Positions 24,743-35,690 of a DNA stretch of 64,000 nt are shown here, piece after piece. This DNA is from a virus. The translations under genes were made by a program, and so were the position numbers. Below the pieces are notes generated by a model. The model did not search any database and was not told where the DNA came from. It saw nothing but the letters and a program-made list of their open reading frames with translations. Every line of letters begins with the position of its first letter. Positions within the stretch are counted from its first letter, which is position 1. The stretch is from positions 1 through 64,000 of IMG/VR virus record IMGVR_UViG_3300011115_001056. One strand, written 5' to 3'.

Positions 24743-24768
24743 ATTCTTGCTCTACTTTGGGAGTTGGA

Positions 24769-26760
24769 ATGATTACAATTACTGGAGTCGAGCCAGCCGC
24801 AGGATCGAAAAGAAATAGTAAAACATCCTTGATTGAGTTTACGCTCAAAGACGAGGATGTCTCTGGAATAAATTCATCAACCCTAATTGTGGAGATTTCC
24901 GGGGTTAGAGCCCTTGAAGGTTCTACCTTTGTTCCGGGATTTAATGGACCATATTCTGAGATAAATATTGACGTTGATACTTTAGGCGTTATTATAAATT
25001 CTGAGGCAGAGTTTATAGAAGATTCTATTTCAGAAATAAAAATTCAAGTTCAAGATTATAATGACAAATATTATAACTTTAATTATTCTTTTAAGATAGT
25101 TAGTCATAAGCCTTTTATTTTTCTGTCAACTCCCCAAGATGGTGATAATCTTGTGACTCCTCAAAAGTTATATTTTGATGTGCGAGATGATATTGACAAT
25201 ATTAACGCTGCAAGCCTGAATATATCTTTAAATAAAGCTCCAGTGTATTCCTCAGGATCTTTTGTAGCTCCATTTAATGGAGTTCAGAGTGCAATATTAT
25301 CTAGCACTGGAAGGTTGGAAATAACAATAGATAGAGATGAATTTATCAGAGACGGAAATTATGTTCTTAAGTTGGAAGTGGAAGACCTCGCCGGAAATAA
25401 ATTAAATCAGAATATAAGATTTTCTGTTAAATATACCAGTGTTGTTCTTCCTCCGGTCTTTCCTCAGGGTGGATTTCTTGGATTTTACCAAGGAATGACA
25501 AAAGTAGTTGATGTGGGAAATGGCACAGACATTGATCTAGAATGGTCAACTCCAATTTCCAGATATTATAATAGTGATGTTAACGTCCTAATTTATTATT
25601 CTACAGATCGACTCAGTATCTTTGATTCTTCTCCAGCATATTTTGTAGAGCAGGGGTTAACCTCTGCCACCATAAGTGGATTAAAAGTAGGTACGGGTTA
25701 TTATTTTGCCGCAAGAGTCATGGAGTCATACCGCAGCACAATAAATACCTCTGGAATGAATGAAGATTATCCAGGCTTATTCTCAGTACCCCCTAAGACA
25801 TTCCTAGCCTCAATTCTAGAGGCAGATGGATCTGTTGTGGAGGTAGAGGATACCTCAGGATATCCAGAAGAAGGATTTCTTCTAATAGGAACAGAAGTTG
25901 TAAAGTATAACTCTGTTGATAGAATAAATAATAAATTCCTGATCCCATCAGGAGGAAGAGGCCTAAATGACACCACCGCAGTCTATCACGACGTAGGTGA
26001 GGACTCTGAACTATTTCTTCTATGTCAGGATAATAATAATGTAATTATTTACGGAACAACAACTTATCAAGATCCTGTGTCAACAGGAAGGCAGGATAAC
26101 TCCGTAGGAATAATTGTTCCAGATTTTTCAGATTTTGAAAAGATGGAGCATGATGGTCTTGATCATTGTGGGTACCATAAGGCTCTACCGTGGGAAGCTC
26201 TAAACGGAAAAAATGACTGTGGAACATATCTAGGTGGTGTTTATAATGGATTTAGAGGAGTAGATATCTTCCAAAGGGCTATGGATAGAGAAGAAGAGTT
26301 AATGGAGAACGTAGGTGAAAAATGTGTTCTTTTTAGAAGAAAATGGTCAGGAGAAACTTGCAGCTGTGTCACTCTAAGAAGACAACATCCAAAAATCAGA
26401 AGTTGTAAGTTCTGTTACGGAACAGGGTTTGTTAGCGGATATGACCAAATATTAAATACTAGAAGAGCCGATAAGAGAGTTATGATTAGGTTCTATGAGG
26501 CTACTGAAGATTTAAAGTTGGGAGATCACACTCACCTTATGCAGGATTTTCAACCTACAGCATTGGCCTTATTTAAGCCAACGGTAAAAGATAGAGACCT
26601 TATTGTAAGGTTTGACTTTACTGGAGATATAGAATATATCTATGAAGTTCTAAATGTAAATAGAGAAAGATTTGTCTTTAATAAGTACGGAAGACAAAAA
26701 CTATCTATTATTAGATTAGATAAGACTGATATTCTTTATCAGATTCCTTTTGAATTATAA
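24769..26760 (+). CDS. Putative neck/head-closure protein with Ig-like and FN3-like domains
   Basis: Likely start ATG 24769 after GGAG; two similar Ig-like units (GINSSTL...FNGP / NINAASL...FNGV), LEW...GL..GT.YYF..R, C-terminal GE...LFRR.W.G..CSC...C..CYGTGF..GY domain. Confidence 0.6.
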   Translation: MITITGVEPAAGSKRNSKTSLIEFTLKDEDVSGINSSTLIVEISGVRALEGSTFVPGFNGPYSEINIDVDTLGVIINSEAEFIEDSISEIKIQVQDYNDKYYNFNYSFKIVSHKPFIFLSTPQDGDNLVTPQKLYFDVRDDIDNINAASLNISLNKAPVYSSGSFVAPFNGVQSAILSSTGRLEITIDRDEFIRDGNYVLKLEVEDLAGNKLNQNIRFSVKYTSVVLPPVFPQGGFLGFYQGMTKVVDVGNGTDIDLEWSTPISRYYNSDVNVLIYYSTDRLSIFDSSPAYFVEQGLTSATISGLKVGTGYYFAARVMESYRSTINTSGMNEDYPGLFSVPPKTFLASILEADGSVVEVEDTSGYPEEGFLLIGTEVVKYNSVDRINNKFLIPSGGRGLNDTTAVYHDVGEDSELFLLCQDNNNVIIYGTTTYQDPVSTGRQDNSVGIIVPDFSDFEKMEHDGLDHCGYHKALPWEALNGKNDCGTYLGGVYNGFRGVDIFQRAMDREEELMENVGEKCVLFRRKWSGETCSCVTLRRQHPKIRSCKFCYGTGFVSGYDQILNTRRADKRVMIRFYEATEDLKLGDHTHLMQDFQPTALALFKPTVKDRDLIVRFDFTGDIEYIYEVLNVNRERFVFNKYGRQKLSIIRLDKTDILYQIPFEL

Positions 26761-26772
26761 ATTGGAGATTTT

Positions 26773-26928
26773 ATGTCTAAGAAAATTATAAAAATAATGA
26801 AGTTGTTCAAACTTGCAAATGAAGAGATAAAATCTGAAGGAATTATTATCAATAGAGATTCTTTTCTTGCTGCGTTAAAAGGCCTCAGCTCAGAAAGACC
26901 AGTTAAAGTCGAACAAGTGATAGTTTAG
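26773..26928 (+). CDS. Small protein absent from ORF track (51 aa)
   Basis: GGAG at 26764-26767, ATG 26773, MSKKIIKIMKLFKLANEEIK...EQVIV, TAG at 26926-26928. Confidence 0.6.
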   Translation: MSKKIIKIMKLFKLANEEIKSEGIIINRDSFLAALKGLSSERPVKVEQVIV

Positions 26929-26936
26929 GTATAGTT

Positions 26937-27137
26937 ATGTCAAAATATATTTCATTAATAATATTTGCCTTATTTAACTATGCTTTTTTCCAATGTTTTT
27001 TTGAAAAAAAAGATTCTATGGAGAGCAGCAGTACAATCTCTCAAGAAACTTTTAATCAAAATTCAGATGAGAAAAACTTAATAATATTTCAAAATAATAT
27101 TTTTGAAAATAAAGAAAAAATAATATATCTATATTAG
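26937..27137 (+). CDS. Hypothetical protein with hydrophobic N-terminus
   Basis: 66-aa ORF, very AT-rich, AGGT upstream. Confidence 0.35.
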   Translation: MSKYISLIIFALFNYAFFQCFFEKKDSMESSSTISQETFNQNSDEKNLIIFQNNIFENKEKIIYLY

Positions 27138-27147
27138 AATATAAAGC

Positions 27148-30100
27148 ATGTCAAAAACAAAATATCCAAACCAGATTGATACACCATCAGAACTTCCGAT
27201 AGTTAGAGATAATATATTTGAAATAGGCTCTGATGCTATCAACTCCTTACGCTCAGCGATTATCCAGATTGAAAAAACACTGGGAATAAATCCACAGGGA
27301 GCGATAGGGATGACGGTTGGTGACAGAATCTCCCAATCGCTTGATTACTCGGGAAATATAAGAAAAGAGGCCTTGGATATTGCCGGAATTATAAGCGGAC
27401 CAGTTTATGATGACCAAGTTTCCGAAGTGGCCGCAATAAAAGAGACAAAATTAAAATTAGATTTTCCAACAAAAATTCTTCAATCGGAAATATCCTATGT
27501 CTCCTCTTTAATTGATGAAATTCAAAAACAGATTGAGGAAATTTCTTCTAAACTTTCTGCACATTTAAGTACTGATGCTATAAACAGACATTCAGCAAAA
27601 GCAATATCAACCACTACAATTGCAAATACTACTTCTTCATCTGGAGTAAGGGAATTTTCAGCATCAAACGTTCAGAGTGTGCTGGAAGGAATTTTTTCAT
27701 CACATATAAATTATGATGGAATTGATATTTCATCTACAAATAATTCACATTCTGCCTCACAGATTTATTTTGATAATACACTGACTGCAGATATTTTAAG
27801 TAATGATGTTCAGGGGGCAATAGAAGAAGCTTCCGCCTTCTTAACAAAAGGAATTGAAAAACATCAAGATTTATTTCATTCTAATGGATTTTCAAAGACT
27901 GCATATATTTCTGATAAGGAAAATTCTTCTTATGGAGTTTTGTTATCAGAAAATTCCACAGTATCTATTTTACAAAATTTAGGAGAAAAGCCTTATTTTG
28001 AAATAACATTAGACTCCATGATCTCTGTCCCTACGGAGGGAGTCGGTATCGGAGACATTATAGAACTAACTGTTAATGGAGTTTCAAAAGAATATCAAAT
28101 ATATAAAGTTCAAAATGATATTGATTCTGGAGATATCACGGGATTTTGGCTTTTTGGAATATTTTTTACTACAGAATTTTCTATTGATGCCAAGATATTC
28201 TTAAGAAGACACAGATCTTATAATTCAATAGGTCTTCTTGCATCAAATAGAGAAAATTATGGTTTAAGTTCCTCTAGTATCATTCAAATTATAAATCCAG
28301 ATGCTCCTTTCGTATCTTCCTTTGAAGCAAATCCAGCAGAAATTACATCTAGCAATAGATATTTTAATATAAAAATCAATGGAACATCCTATTCTTTTGA
28401 TGCATATAGTCTAGCGGCATCTACTCAATCTATTGATTCCGTAATAAAAGCAATAAATGAAACTGTAGATCAGCTTGGATTGCCAATATTAGCCTACAGG
28501 ATAAATATAGAAAGCGGCGGATCAGAAATAGTAATTGCTCACAACATATCATCACTTGATGATTCCTTATCTAGCCTAGAAATAGTAAGAGTTGACGGAG
28601 CAATTGATTCTCTAGGTCTTTCATCTTTTGAGTCAAAAGTAATTTATGGGCAACCAGGATCATCATATTATATAGATGGAAAGCAGTATACCGGACTTCT
28701 TAAGAAATTAGATCTTACTGGGTTTAATATAGATGCTAGTAGAATAATAAGCTCTGGTGCCTTAGGTATAGACTTTACATCATACAACATAAAGAAGGGA
28801 GACGTAGTCAATATTATTGACTTAGATGTAAAATCATACGAAGTAGTCTCAATATCTACATCTTCCATAACGCTTTCGTCTAGACAGCTCCCATCAGGAT
28901 TTTCTTACTCCTCCGCTGGCACTGCAAGACTCGTCATCTACGAATCAACTATTAGCGCTGATTCTTTAGAGTTCTTAAGTGTAGGCATAGTTGATGGTAG
29001 CGTGGGAGTTGGAGCTTCCTTACTTGAAGTGTCCTTAGATTCAAACAGAGGTTTGAATTTAAACTTAATTTTAGAGCAAGAATCTGAATTACTTGTTGAT
29101 AAATCTATATATTCTGTAATTAATTTTTACAATCCGGAAAATCTAGAATCCGTTCAAATAAACTTTGAGAATACAATTGATAGTTGTGTTGAAGTATGGC
29201 TAGACGATAATCAGAGTAGAAAAAAAATAGTTGGTGATTTTAATTATTTAAATTTAAAATCAAATATAAAAAACTTTAATTGTGATATTTATATTCAAAA
29301 TAAATCCGAACTATATAATTATGCGGTAGGAATTGGAGGATCTTTTTCAAGAAAGATTTATCTGTCAAAATCAATCAATAAGGAAAATAATCTCCTAATT
29401 GCTGCCGTACATTATTCAAATTTTATAGGAAAATTTGATGGTGGAATAAATGGCGCATTATTTGTCTCAAAACTTAATATTGGAAATCTTGGTAAAAAAG
29501 ATTTATCAACAGAATTTAAATCAATTTTATTGGAAACTCCAATAAAAGAGCTAAGAAGCTCAGGGTTTATCTTTGGGTTAGAAACAACAGAAGTAGCGGG
29601 ACTTGATGGATATGCCAGCGGAATATATTTAGTATCCATCTCAGATGGCGTCTGCTATGTTGATGGAAAAAGATTTGAAATATTAGGAGGAACAGCAATC
29701 TATTCCGGAATAGATGCATCCACTTATGACAAACTATATGTTGGAATTAATTCTTATGGCAAAATAGTTTTTGCTCCACCAGATCCAAACTGTTTATATC
29801 CATGGGAGGAAGAGAGCACTCTTCTTGTTGCAACAATAGAAAATGATGGAGCTAATTTAAATATAGTTGATCAAAGATTATTTATAGATAATCTAGATTT
29901 GAAATTACTAAACTCTATTTCAGTTAGTCCACAACCCGGAATGGGACATTTTTCTGATTTCAGCAAAGCTTTAAAATATGCAAAAAGATTTTCTCAAATT
30001 TATTCAAAAGCTGGAATTCCAGAGATTTATTTAAAATCAGGAACTCACAACATAAACCTTGAAGATACAACATCTTTGACTTTATCAGATTGGTTTTTAG

Positions 30101-31431
30101 ATTTAAACATATCTGGCTCAATATCAAGAAAAAATTATTATAATAACTTAATAAAAAATGGAATCTTTATAGATTTTCCAGCCTCAATTAGAGGAGAAGG
30201 TTCTTCATCTGTAGTTGAGATAGTTTATAAATTAACAGCATCAGATCAAACTGTAAATTTATCTTCTGGAATATTTGTTGCAGGCCAGGGATTTAATACA
30301 GGAAATACTTCTGCAACAGTTTCCCATACAAGAGTTTCTTCTGGAAAAGTATCACTAAATAATTTTTATATTCAAGATGGTTGGATATCATTATCCGATA
30401 TTAATTTTTTTGAAAATATAAAGTTTGAAATAAACAATATTATTTTTAATAATTTAACAGTATCTACCGCAAATAAAGAGGTATTTTATTTTGGAACAAA
30501 TTCATACTCTGGAATTGTATTATCAGAAATTGATAATATCACAAATATAAAAGGAAATGTAACAGTTACAAATTGTTCATTTATTACTGGTGGAAACGTA
30601 AAAATTTATCCAGATACTACTCCATCAAGGTATTATTATATTTCTATAATAAATTGTTTTACAAGTTCAAGCAGCGGGATATCTACTCCCTCACTAATTG
30701 ATGCTTCAAGATTTCCAAGTAGTAATAAAGTATATTCATTATCAAATATAACCTCACTAACAACACCTAATGATAGAATATCATCAAACCTAACAATAGG
30801 AAATAATCTTTCAGTTCGCGGTATTGCAGTCTTTACAGGTAGCTTGTTAGCTACATCAATATCTGCAGGTAGCATAGTATCCTCTGGAACTATAACTGCA
30901 CCTTCATTTACTCTATCATCATCTACCAAGGCTCTCAGGGTAATTCCAATTTCTGATTTTTATCCAGTATTACAGCTTACTGCAAGTGGAACATATACAT
31001 ACTATGGAGTTACATTTGGGTCTGGACCAGGAGCAGGGCTTAATCCACCTGGCGTATTACAGTTTGGAACATCTGGAACATATATATGGATCAATATTGA
31101 TCCATATTTAATAAACAATGCTTCAAATATTACATTTGGAATGGTATGTTCCAATTCATCTGGCTCATCAATTATAAAGGCTGGATTATATGGCATTTCT
31201 TCTACTGGATCAGGAACATCAATAACTCTCATTGGAGAATCTACAGAAACTGTATCTGGCACATTACGAGAAGAGGTTGTATTTTCCACTATTTCAACAA
31301 CAATTACAAAAAATAATATGTATTATTTAAAAATAAACAAAGATACTGGCACATCAACAACATATATTTACAGAATTTCAATAGCTGAGTCATATAATAA
31401 TAATATTGAAACTGCCTTAAGTGTATTTTAG
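27148..31431 (+). CDS. Large tail fibre/tailspike-like protein (paralog A)
   Basis: N-terminal KYPNQIDTPSELPIVRDN...IEKTLGINPQG; GHFSDFSKAL...IYLKSG...IRGEG beta-helix entry pattern. Confidence 0.6.
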   Translation: MSKTKYPNQIDTPSELPIVRDNIFEIGSDAINSLRSAIIQIEKTLGINPQGAIGMTVGDRISQSLDYSGNIRKEALDIAGIISGPVYDDQVSEVAAIKETKLKLDFPTKILQSEISYVSSLIDEIQKQIEEISSKLSAHLSTDAINRHSAKAISTTTIANTTSSSGVREFSASNVQSVLEGIFSSHINYDGIDISSTNNSHSASQIYFDNTLTADILSNDVQGAIEEASAFLTKGIEKHQDLFHSNGFSKTAYISDKENSSYGVLLSENSTVSILQNLGEKPYFEITLDSMISVPTEGVGIGDIIELTVNGVSKEYQIYKVQNDIDSGDITGFWLFGIFFTTEFSIDAKIFLRRHRSYNSIGLLASNRENYGLSSSSIIQIINPDAPFVSSFEANPAEITSSNRYFNIKINGTSYSFDAYSLAASTQSIDSVIKAINETVDQLGLPILAYRINIESGGSEIVIAHNISSLDDSLSSLEIVRVDGAIDSLGLSSFESKVIYGQPGSSYYIDGKQYTGLLKKLDLTGFNIDASRIISSGALGIDFTSYNIKKGDVVNIIDLDVKSYEVVSISTSSITLSSRQLPSGFSYSSAGTARLVIYESTISADSLEFLSVGIVDGSVGVGASLLEVSLDSNRGLNLNLILEQESELLVDKSIYSVINFYNPENLESVQINFENTIDSCVEVWLDDNQSRKKIVGDFNYLNLKSNIKNFNCDIYIQNKSELYNYAVGIGGSFSRKIYLSKSINKENNLLIAAVHYSNFIGKFDGGINGALFVSKLNIGNLGKKDLSTEFKSILLETPIKELRSSGFIFGLETTEVAGLDGYASGIYLVSISDGVCYVDGKRFEILGGTAIYSGIDASTYDKLYVGINSYGKIVFAPPDPNCLYPWEEESTLLVATIENDGANLNIVDQRLFIDNLDLKLLNSISVSPQPGMGHFSDFSKALKYAKRFSQIYSKAGIPEIYLKSGTHNINLEDTTSLTLSDWFLDLNISGSISRKNYYNNLIKNGIFIDFPASIRGEGSSSVVEIVYKLTASDQTVNLSSGIFVAGQGFNTGNTSATVSHTRVSSGKVSLNNFYIQDGWISLSDINFFENIKFEINNIIFNNLTVSTANKEVFYFGTNSYSGIVLSEIDNITNIKGNVTVTNCSFITGGNVKIYPDTTPSRYYYISIINCFTSSSSGISTPSLIDASRFPSSNKVYSLSNITSLTTPNDRISSNLTIGNNLSVRGIAVFTGSLLATSISAGSIVSSGTITAPSFTLSSSTKALRVIPISDFYPVLQLTASGTYTYYGVTFGSGPGAGLNPPGVLQFGTSGTYIWINIDPYLINNASNITFGMVCSNSSGSSIIKAGLYGISSTGSGTSITLIGESTETVSGTLREEVVFSTISTTITKNNMYYLKINKDTGTSTTYIYRISIAESYNNNIETALSVF

Positions 31432-31448
31432 TTATTAATATTAAAAGA

Positions 31449-34400
31449 ATGTTTATGAAATCAAAATACCCAAATCAAATTGACACTCCATCAGAACTTC
31501 CAATAGTAAGAGACAATATTACAGAAATAACTTCTGATATTGTAAACTCATTAAGATCTGCAATAGTTCAGATTGAAAAAACTCTAGGAATAAATCCACA
31601 AGGAGATGTTGGTCAGACTGTAGCTCAAAGAATATCCGGCGTAATAGATTCTTCTGGAAATTTAAGTGCAGAATCAATAGACCGCGCAGGCTTAGTGTTT
31701 GGACCAATATATAATGATCAAATAGCAAACGCTGCTGTAATTGAAGAATCAAAGTTAAAATTAAATTTTCCAACTCAAATTCTTCAATCAGAAATTTCTT
31801 ATGTAAATTCTCTTGTTGACGAAATACAGCTACAAGTAGAATATCTCTCTGCAATAATTTCTGCTCACGTTAATCTTGAATCAACAAATAGACATAAAGC
31901 AAAGGCAATTGCAGTAGACTCTGTCCTACAGATAACGTCAACTACCGGCATAAAAACACTGGTTGGTAATAATCTTCAAAATACGTTATCCACCATTGTT
32001 CAGAGCCATTTTAATTATGATGGTACAGGGATTAATTCTGATAATAATTCACATTCAGCCAATCAGGTTTATTTTGATAATGAAAATGTGTCCGCAGTCC
32101 TAGACTCCTCTTCCGTGCAGGGTGCTATAGAGGAATTGGCAGGCGGAAGCGATGCGGCAATAAGAAGGAACTTGTCATATTTAACAAAAAACGGAGTTGT
32201 TAGATATGGAAATACAAATGATGCTTTTTCTAGCAAATCTCTTGAGGAAATATTAGTCTCATCTTCTAGAATATCATTCTCAGAAACATCATCAAGCACA
32301 TCATCTATATCATTTGATCTAACTCCATCAATTACTAAACCAATATCAAAATTTGACATCTTAACAATCTCAAGTGCAATATCAGATTTAGACAATAAAA
32401 GTTTTTATATATCAGAAGTAATTGCAAGCGGAGATACCTTAGTAGAAATAAAGGTATATGGAAAGCTTTACAGCAGCTCTGCTGGAATTGCATTGGGAAC
32501 AATAACAAAAAATAATTTTAAAAATCTTAATCCAAATGGACTAAATTCAACATTCAGACTAAGAAACGGATATTCTAATACCCCAGATGTAATTGTTGCA
32601 AATCCAAATTCTGCAACGATAACTTCATTTGGGTTAAGAACAGATCTAATTATCCCAACCTCAGATTCTTTTAAAATTCAAGTTGACGATTATTCTGAAG
32701 TTACCATATCTTGTTATAATAGTGTTTCTGGAATAATTCAGACAATTGATTCAATAATTGATAAAATAAATGAGCAACTGGTCGCCAATCATTTGGCAGC
32801 CTTTGCATATAAGACAAGGCTTAAGAATTGTTATGAAATATCAATAGCTCATGTTATTCCAAATTTTAGCGGAGATATAAAAAATAGAACTTTAAAAATC
32901 TCTCCAGCCGATACGAATGATGGATTTAGCTCTTTAGGTTTTTCATACTTAGAATATGAAACTTCAAAATATGAAACTATTCAAGGCTCTTTTGGAAACT
33001 CTACCTTTATAAATGGAAAGTTATTTAGAGATTTTCAAAAAACAATTATATTATCAAGTTTAGAAGCTTCTTTTGGCTCCGGATCTGCTAGAATAAATTC
33101 TTTAACTGATGACTTTTTAAATTTAGATATTAGGCCTGGAGATTTGGTAGTAGTTACCGGATCATCTGATGTACAAGATGACGGTTTATTTTGCATAAAA
33201 TCGGTCTCTATATCTGAAATGATATTGGATGCTCCAACGGGATTTGAATTTCTAGGAAGCCTATCCTCTTCATCTTCCGTCTTAATAATGAGAAGCTCTG
33301 CCCCAGTTTCTGAGCTAAACTTTGAAGAGGTTGATGGGGCGACCGGCCTTATGATGGTCGATGTCTTTGCAACGGAAGATTCTGATATTTTTTACTCCAA
33401 GAGATTAGAGATTAGTAATGTACTATCATCTACTGGATTTTATGCAGTAATAATTGATGTTTCAAGGGACTTTATAAAGTCAGGAGAGACTTTTTATCTA
33501 AAGATAACTAGTTCTGGTATGGCATACCTAGAGGACTCCACCTCAAATACAGGCGAACAGATTTTTGTAGGAAATTATCTAACCACACAAGCCGATGGAG
33601 TATTTAAGGTAAAGTCTCCAGATGGCGGATCTTTTGTAACAATAAGAGTTTTTGCCACAAGCAATCCAACTACCAGCCTAGAGTGTACTATTCATGGAAA
33701 CTATGAAGTTGCCAAAAATTCTCTTCATTTGTCCAGATGTCTTTTTTCAAACGCAACCGGCAGAATATTTGGATCAACTGTTCCAGCAACAATTCCATCC
33801 ATAATTGACAAGAGAAATTTTGGAACAATAGATATTGAACAAATTTGTCCAGCATTTGTTGAGAGATATATTGAAGGACCAAGAAATGAGCTTCGTTCCT
33901 CTGGTGTTATATTAGGCTGTGAACTATCATTAGTATCTTTATCTACAGATGATATCGGAAATTACGTAGAAATTAATGTATCTTCCGGGGTATGTATTTC
34001 ATCCGGAATAAGAGTAGAATTTTCAGGGATACTTGGATTTAAAGCCAGGGTTGGAACACTATCTTATTTCTGTATAAATGAAGCAGGATGTATTGAGGCT
34101 GGAGATCAAATTGCTCCAGCGTCAGGAATGTTCATTGGAATTTCTCCATTTATAAACAGAAGAGTTACTCATTTAGCATTTTTAGATATTTTTGGTGAAA
34201 TTAAAGATTTAAGATTTTTTATCAATAATCTTGATGGAAAATTAAGCCATAATATTATTGTTGCAAAATCAGAATCATTAGGTCACTTTACCGATATTCA
34301 AAAAGCAATAAATTACTGCTCATTATTTTATCAAGTTAACTATGGTAGAGATACCGATAACTATACATATTCTCCTTCTATTTTAATTAGAGAAGGAGAA

Positions 34401-35126
34401 TATACTATAGATGCTCCAATTATTATAGAAAATGATATAACAATTAGTGGAGTTGGAAAAAGTACGGTATTAAAGAGAGGAGATAGTATAACTAATTGCT
34501 CAAGATTTGCTACTACGCCAGATCCTCTAACCTCAATTTTTATTATTGGAAATGGTCCAGGCATAGTTAAATCTTATAATACAAATGCTTCTTATTCTAC
34601 TTTTGATTTTGGAGTAACAATAAAAGATTTAAGCTATTATTCTCCAACTCTTACCTCCGCCTCTAGAACCTCCTTCTGTATATTTCAGGGTGAAAATGGC
34701 AGTAGTAGTACTTCATCAACCTTTACTTTTCAAAACATATCTGCCACCGGCGCTCCAGAAAGAGAAACTGATGCTACAATAGCGGAGTATTTCTTAGTTG
34801 TAGCAAGAATAAGCGCAACTAGTGGTACAGAAGTAGACAGAATTGACAAAATTTCTAAAATATTTATTACTTCAAACTTTATGAAGAGAATTGGTGCTTA
34901 TCATAGTGGCAATATTCCAGAAAATATAGCTGTAGATTTTACAAATCAGTATATTACTAGTGCGGCATTTGTATCAGATATACAGGACATAATATGCACC
35001 TCTAATATCTGTGTGGGCATCGCCCCAACTACGGGCGAATCTTCTTCAATATTAAGAACATCCTTCCAGTATGCAAACCTTTTGGGTATAATAGAGGCAT
35101 CAAACGTAACTAGATCTAGCTTATAG
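31449..35126 (+). CDS. Large tail fibre/tailspike-like protein (paralog B)
   Basis: Same N-terminus as 27148; GHFTDIQKAI...ILIREGEY...ISGVGKSTVL beta-helix entry pattern. Confidence 0.6.
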   Translation: MFMKSKYPNQIDTPSELPIVRDNITEITSDIVNSLRSAIVQIEKTLGINPQGDVGQTVAQRISGVIDSSGNLSAESIDRAGLVFGPIYNDQIANAAVIEESKLKLNFPTQILQSEISYVNSLVDEIQLQVEYLSAIISAHVNLESTNRHKAKAIAVDSVLQITSTTGIKTLVGNNLQNTLSTIVQSHFNYDGTGINSDNNSHSANQVYFDNENVSAVLDSSSVQGAIEELAGGSDAAIRRNLSYLTKNGVVRYGNTNDAFSSKSLEEILVSSSRISFSETSSSTSSISFDLTPSITKPISKFDILTISSAISDLDNKSFYISEVIASGDTLVEIKVYGKLYSSSAGIALGTITKNNFKNLNPNGLNSTFRLRNGYSNTPDVIVANPNSATITSFGLRTDLIIPTSDSFKIQVDDYSEVTISCYNSVSGIIQTIDSIIDKINEQLVANHLAAFAYKTRLKNCYEISIAHVIPNFSGDIKNRTLKISPADTNDGFSSLGFSYLEYETSKYETIQGSFGNSTFINGKLFRDFQKTIILSSLEASFGSGSARINSLTDDFLNLDIRPGDLVVVTGSSDVQDDGLFCIKSVSISEMILDAPTGFEFLGSLSSSSSVLIMRSSAPVSELNFEEVDGATGLMMVDVFATEDSDIFYSKRLEISNVLSSTGFYAVIIDVSRDFIKSGETFYLKITSSGMAYLEDSTSNTGEQIFVGNYLTTQADGVFKVKSPDGGSFVTIRVFATSNPTTSLECTIHGNYEVAKNSLHLSRCLFSNATGRIFGSTVPATIPSIIDKRNFGTIDIEQICPAFVERYIEGPRNELRSSGVILGCELSLVSLSTDDIGNYVEINVSSGVCISSGIRVEFSGILGFKARVGTLSYFCINEAGCIEAGDQIAPASGMFIGISPFINRRVTHLAFLDIFGEIKDLRFFINNLDGKLSHNIIVAKSESLGHFTDIQKAINYCSLFYQVNYGRDTDNYTYSPSILIREGEYTIDAPIIIENDITISGVGKSTVLKRGDSITNCSRFATTPDPLTSIFIIGNGPGIVKSYNTNASYSTFDFGVTIKDLSYYSPTLTSASRTSFCIFQGENGSSSTSSTFTFQNISATGAPERETDATIAEYFLVVARISATSGTEVDRIDKISKIFITSNFMKRIGAYHSGNIPENIAVDFTNQYITSAAFVSDIQDIICTSNICVGIAPTTGESSSILRTSFQYANLLGIIEASNVTRSSL

Positions 35127-35129
35127 TGG

Positions 35130-35690
35130 GTGCTCATGGCGGGAGAGGAAAAGACAGCTCTAGAAATAATTCTAGAATTACCATCTATTTTGAAAAAAAT
35201 AGAAAATAAAATTGACGTATTAGATACAAATTTAAAAATATTAAATACAAAGCTAAATAAGATTAAAGCTCAAGAAATAATCTCAGACTCAAAGCAAGAG
35301 ATAAGGCCTCAAGCAGCACAAGCACAAGCAGTAGCCGAAGATCAGACTAAATCTGAAGGTACAATGCGCCCTACCGCAACTCCAGGGCCAACAGAGTCTG
35401 TATCTGGAGGTATGCCAAACCTAAAACCAATCCAAAAACTAATACTTGGCTCAATAAAGGTATTTAGTAAAATAAAAACATCATCAGGAAAGGCTGTTGA
35501 TGGGATGACCATAAATGTATTCGATAAGGGAAATGAGTTAATAAGAAACTTGGTCTCTGATAAAGAAGGTTATTGGGAATGTAAGCTTCCGCCAGGAACC
35601 TACTCCATTGAAATGGTTCATCCAAAACTAAAGACAATAAATAAAGAAATTGAAATTAAAAAAGATATGAAATCTTACGAGGTAACGTAA
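35130..35690 (+). CDS. Protein with N-terminal coiled coil and carboxypeptidase-regulatory-like (prealbumin-fold) domain
   Basis: SGKAVDGMTINV...SDKEGYW...LPPGTYSIE..HP; start may be ATG 35136. Confidence 0.6.
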   Translation: MLMAGEEKTALEIILELPSILKKIENKIDVLDTNLKILNTKLNKIKAQEIISDSKQEIRPQAAQAQAVAEDQTKSEGTMRPTATPGPTESVSGGMPNLKPIQKLILGSIKVFSKIKTSSGKAVDGMTINVFDKGNELIRNLVSDKEGYWECKLPPGTYSIEMVHPKLKTINKEIEIKKDMKSYEVT

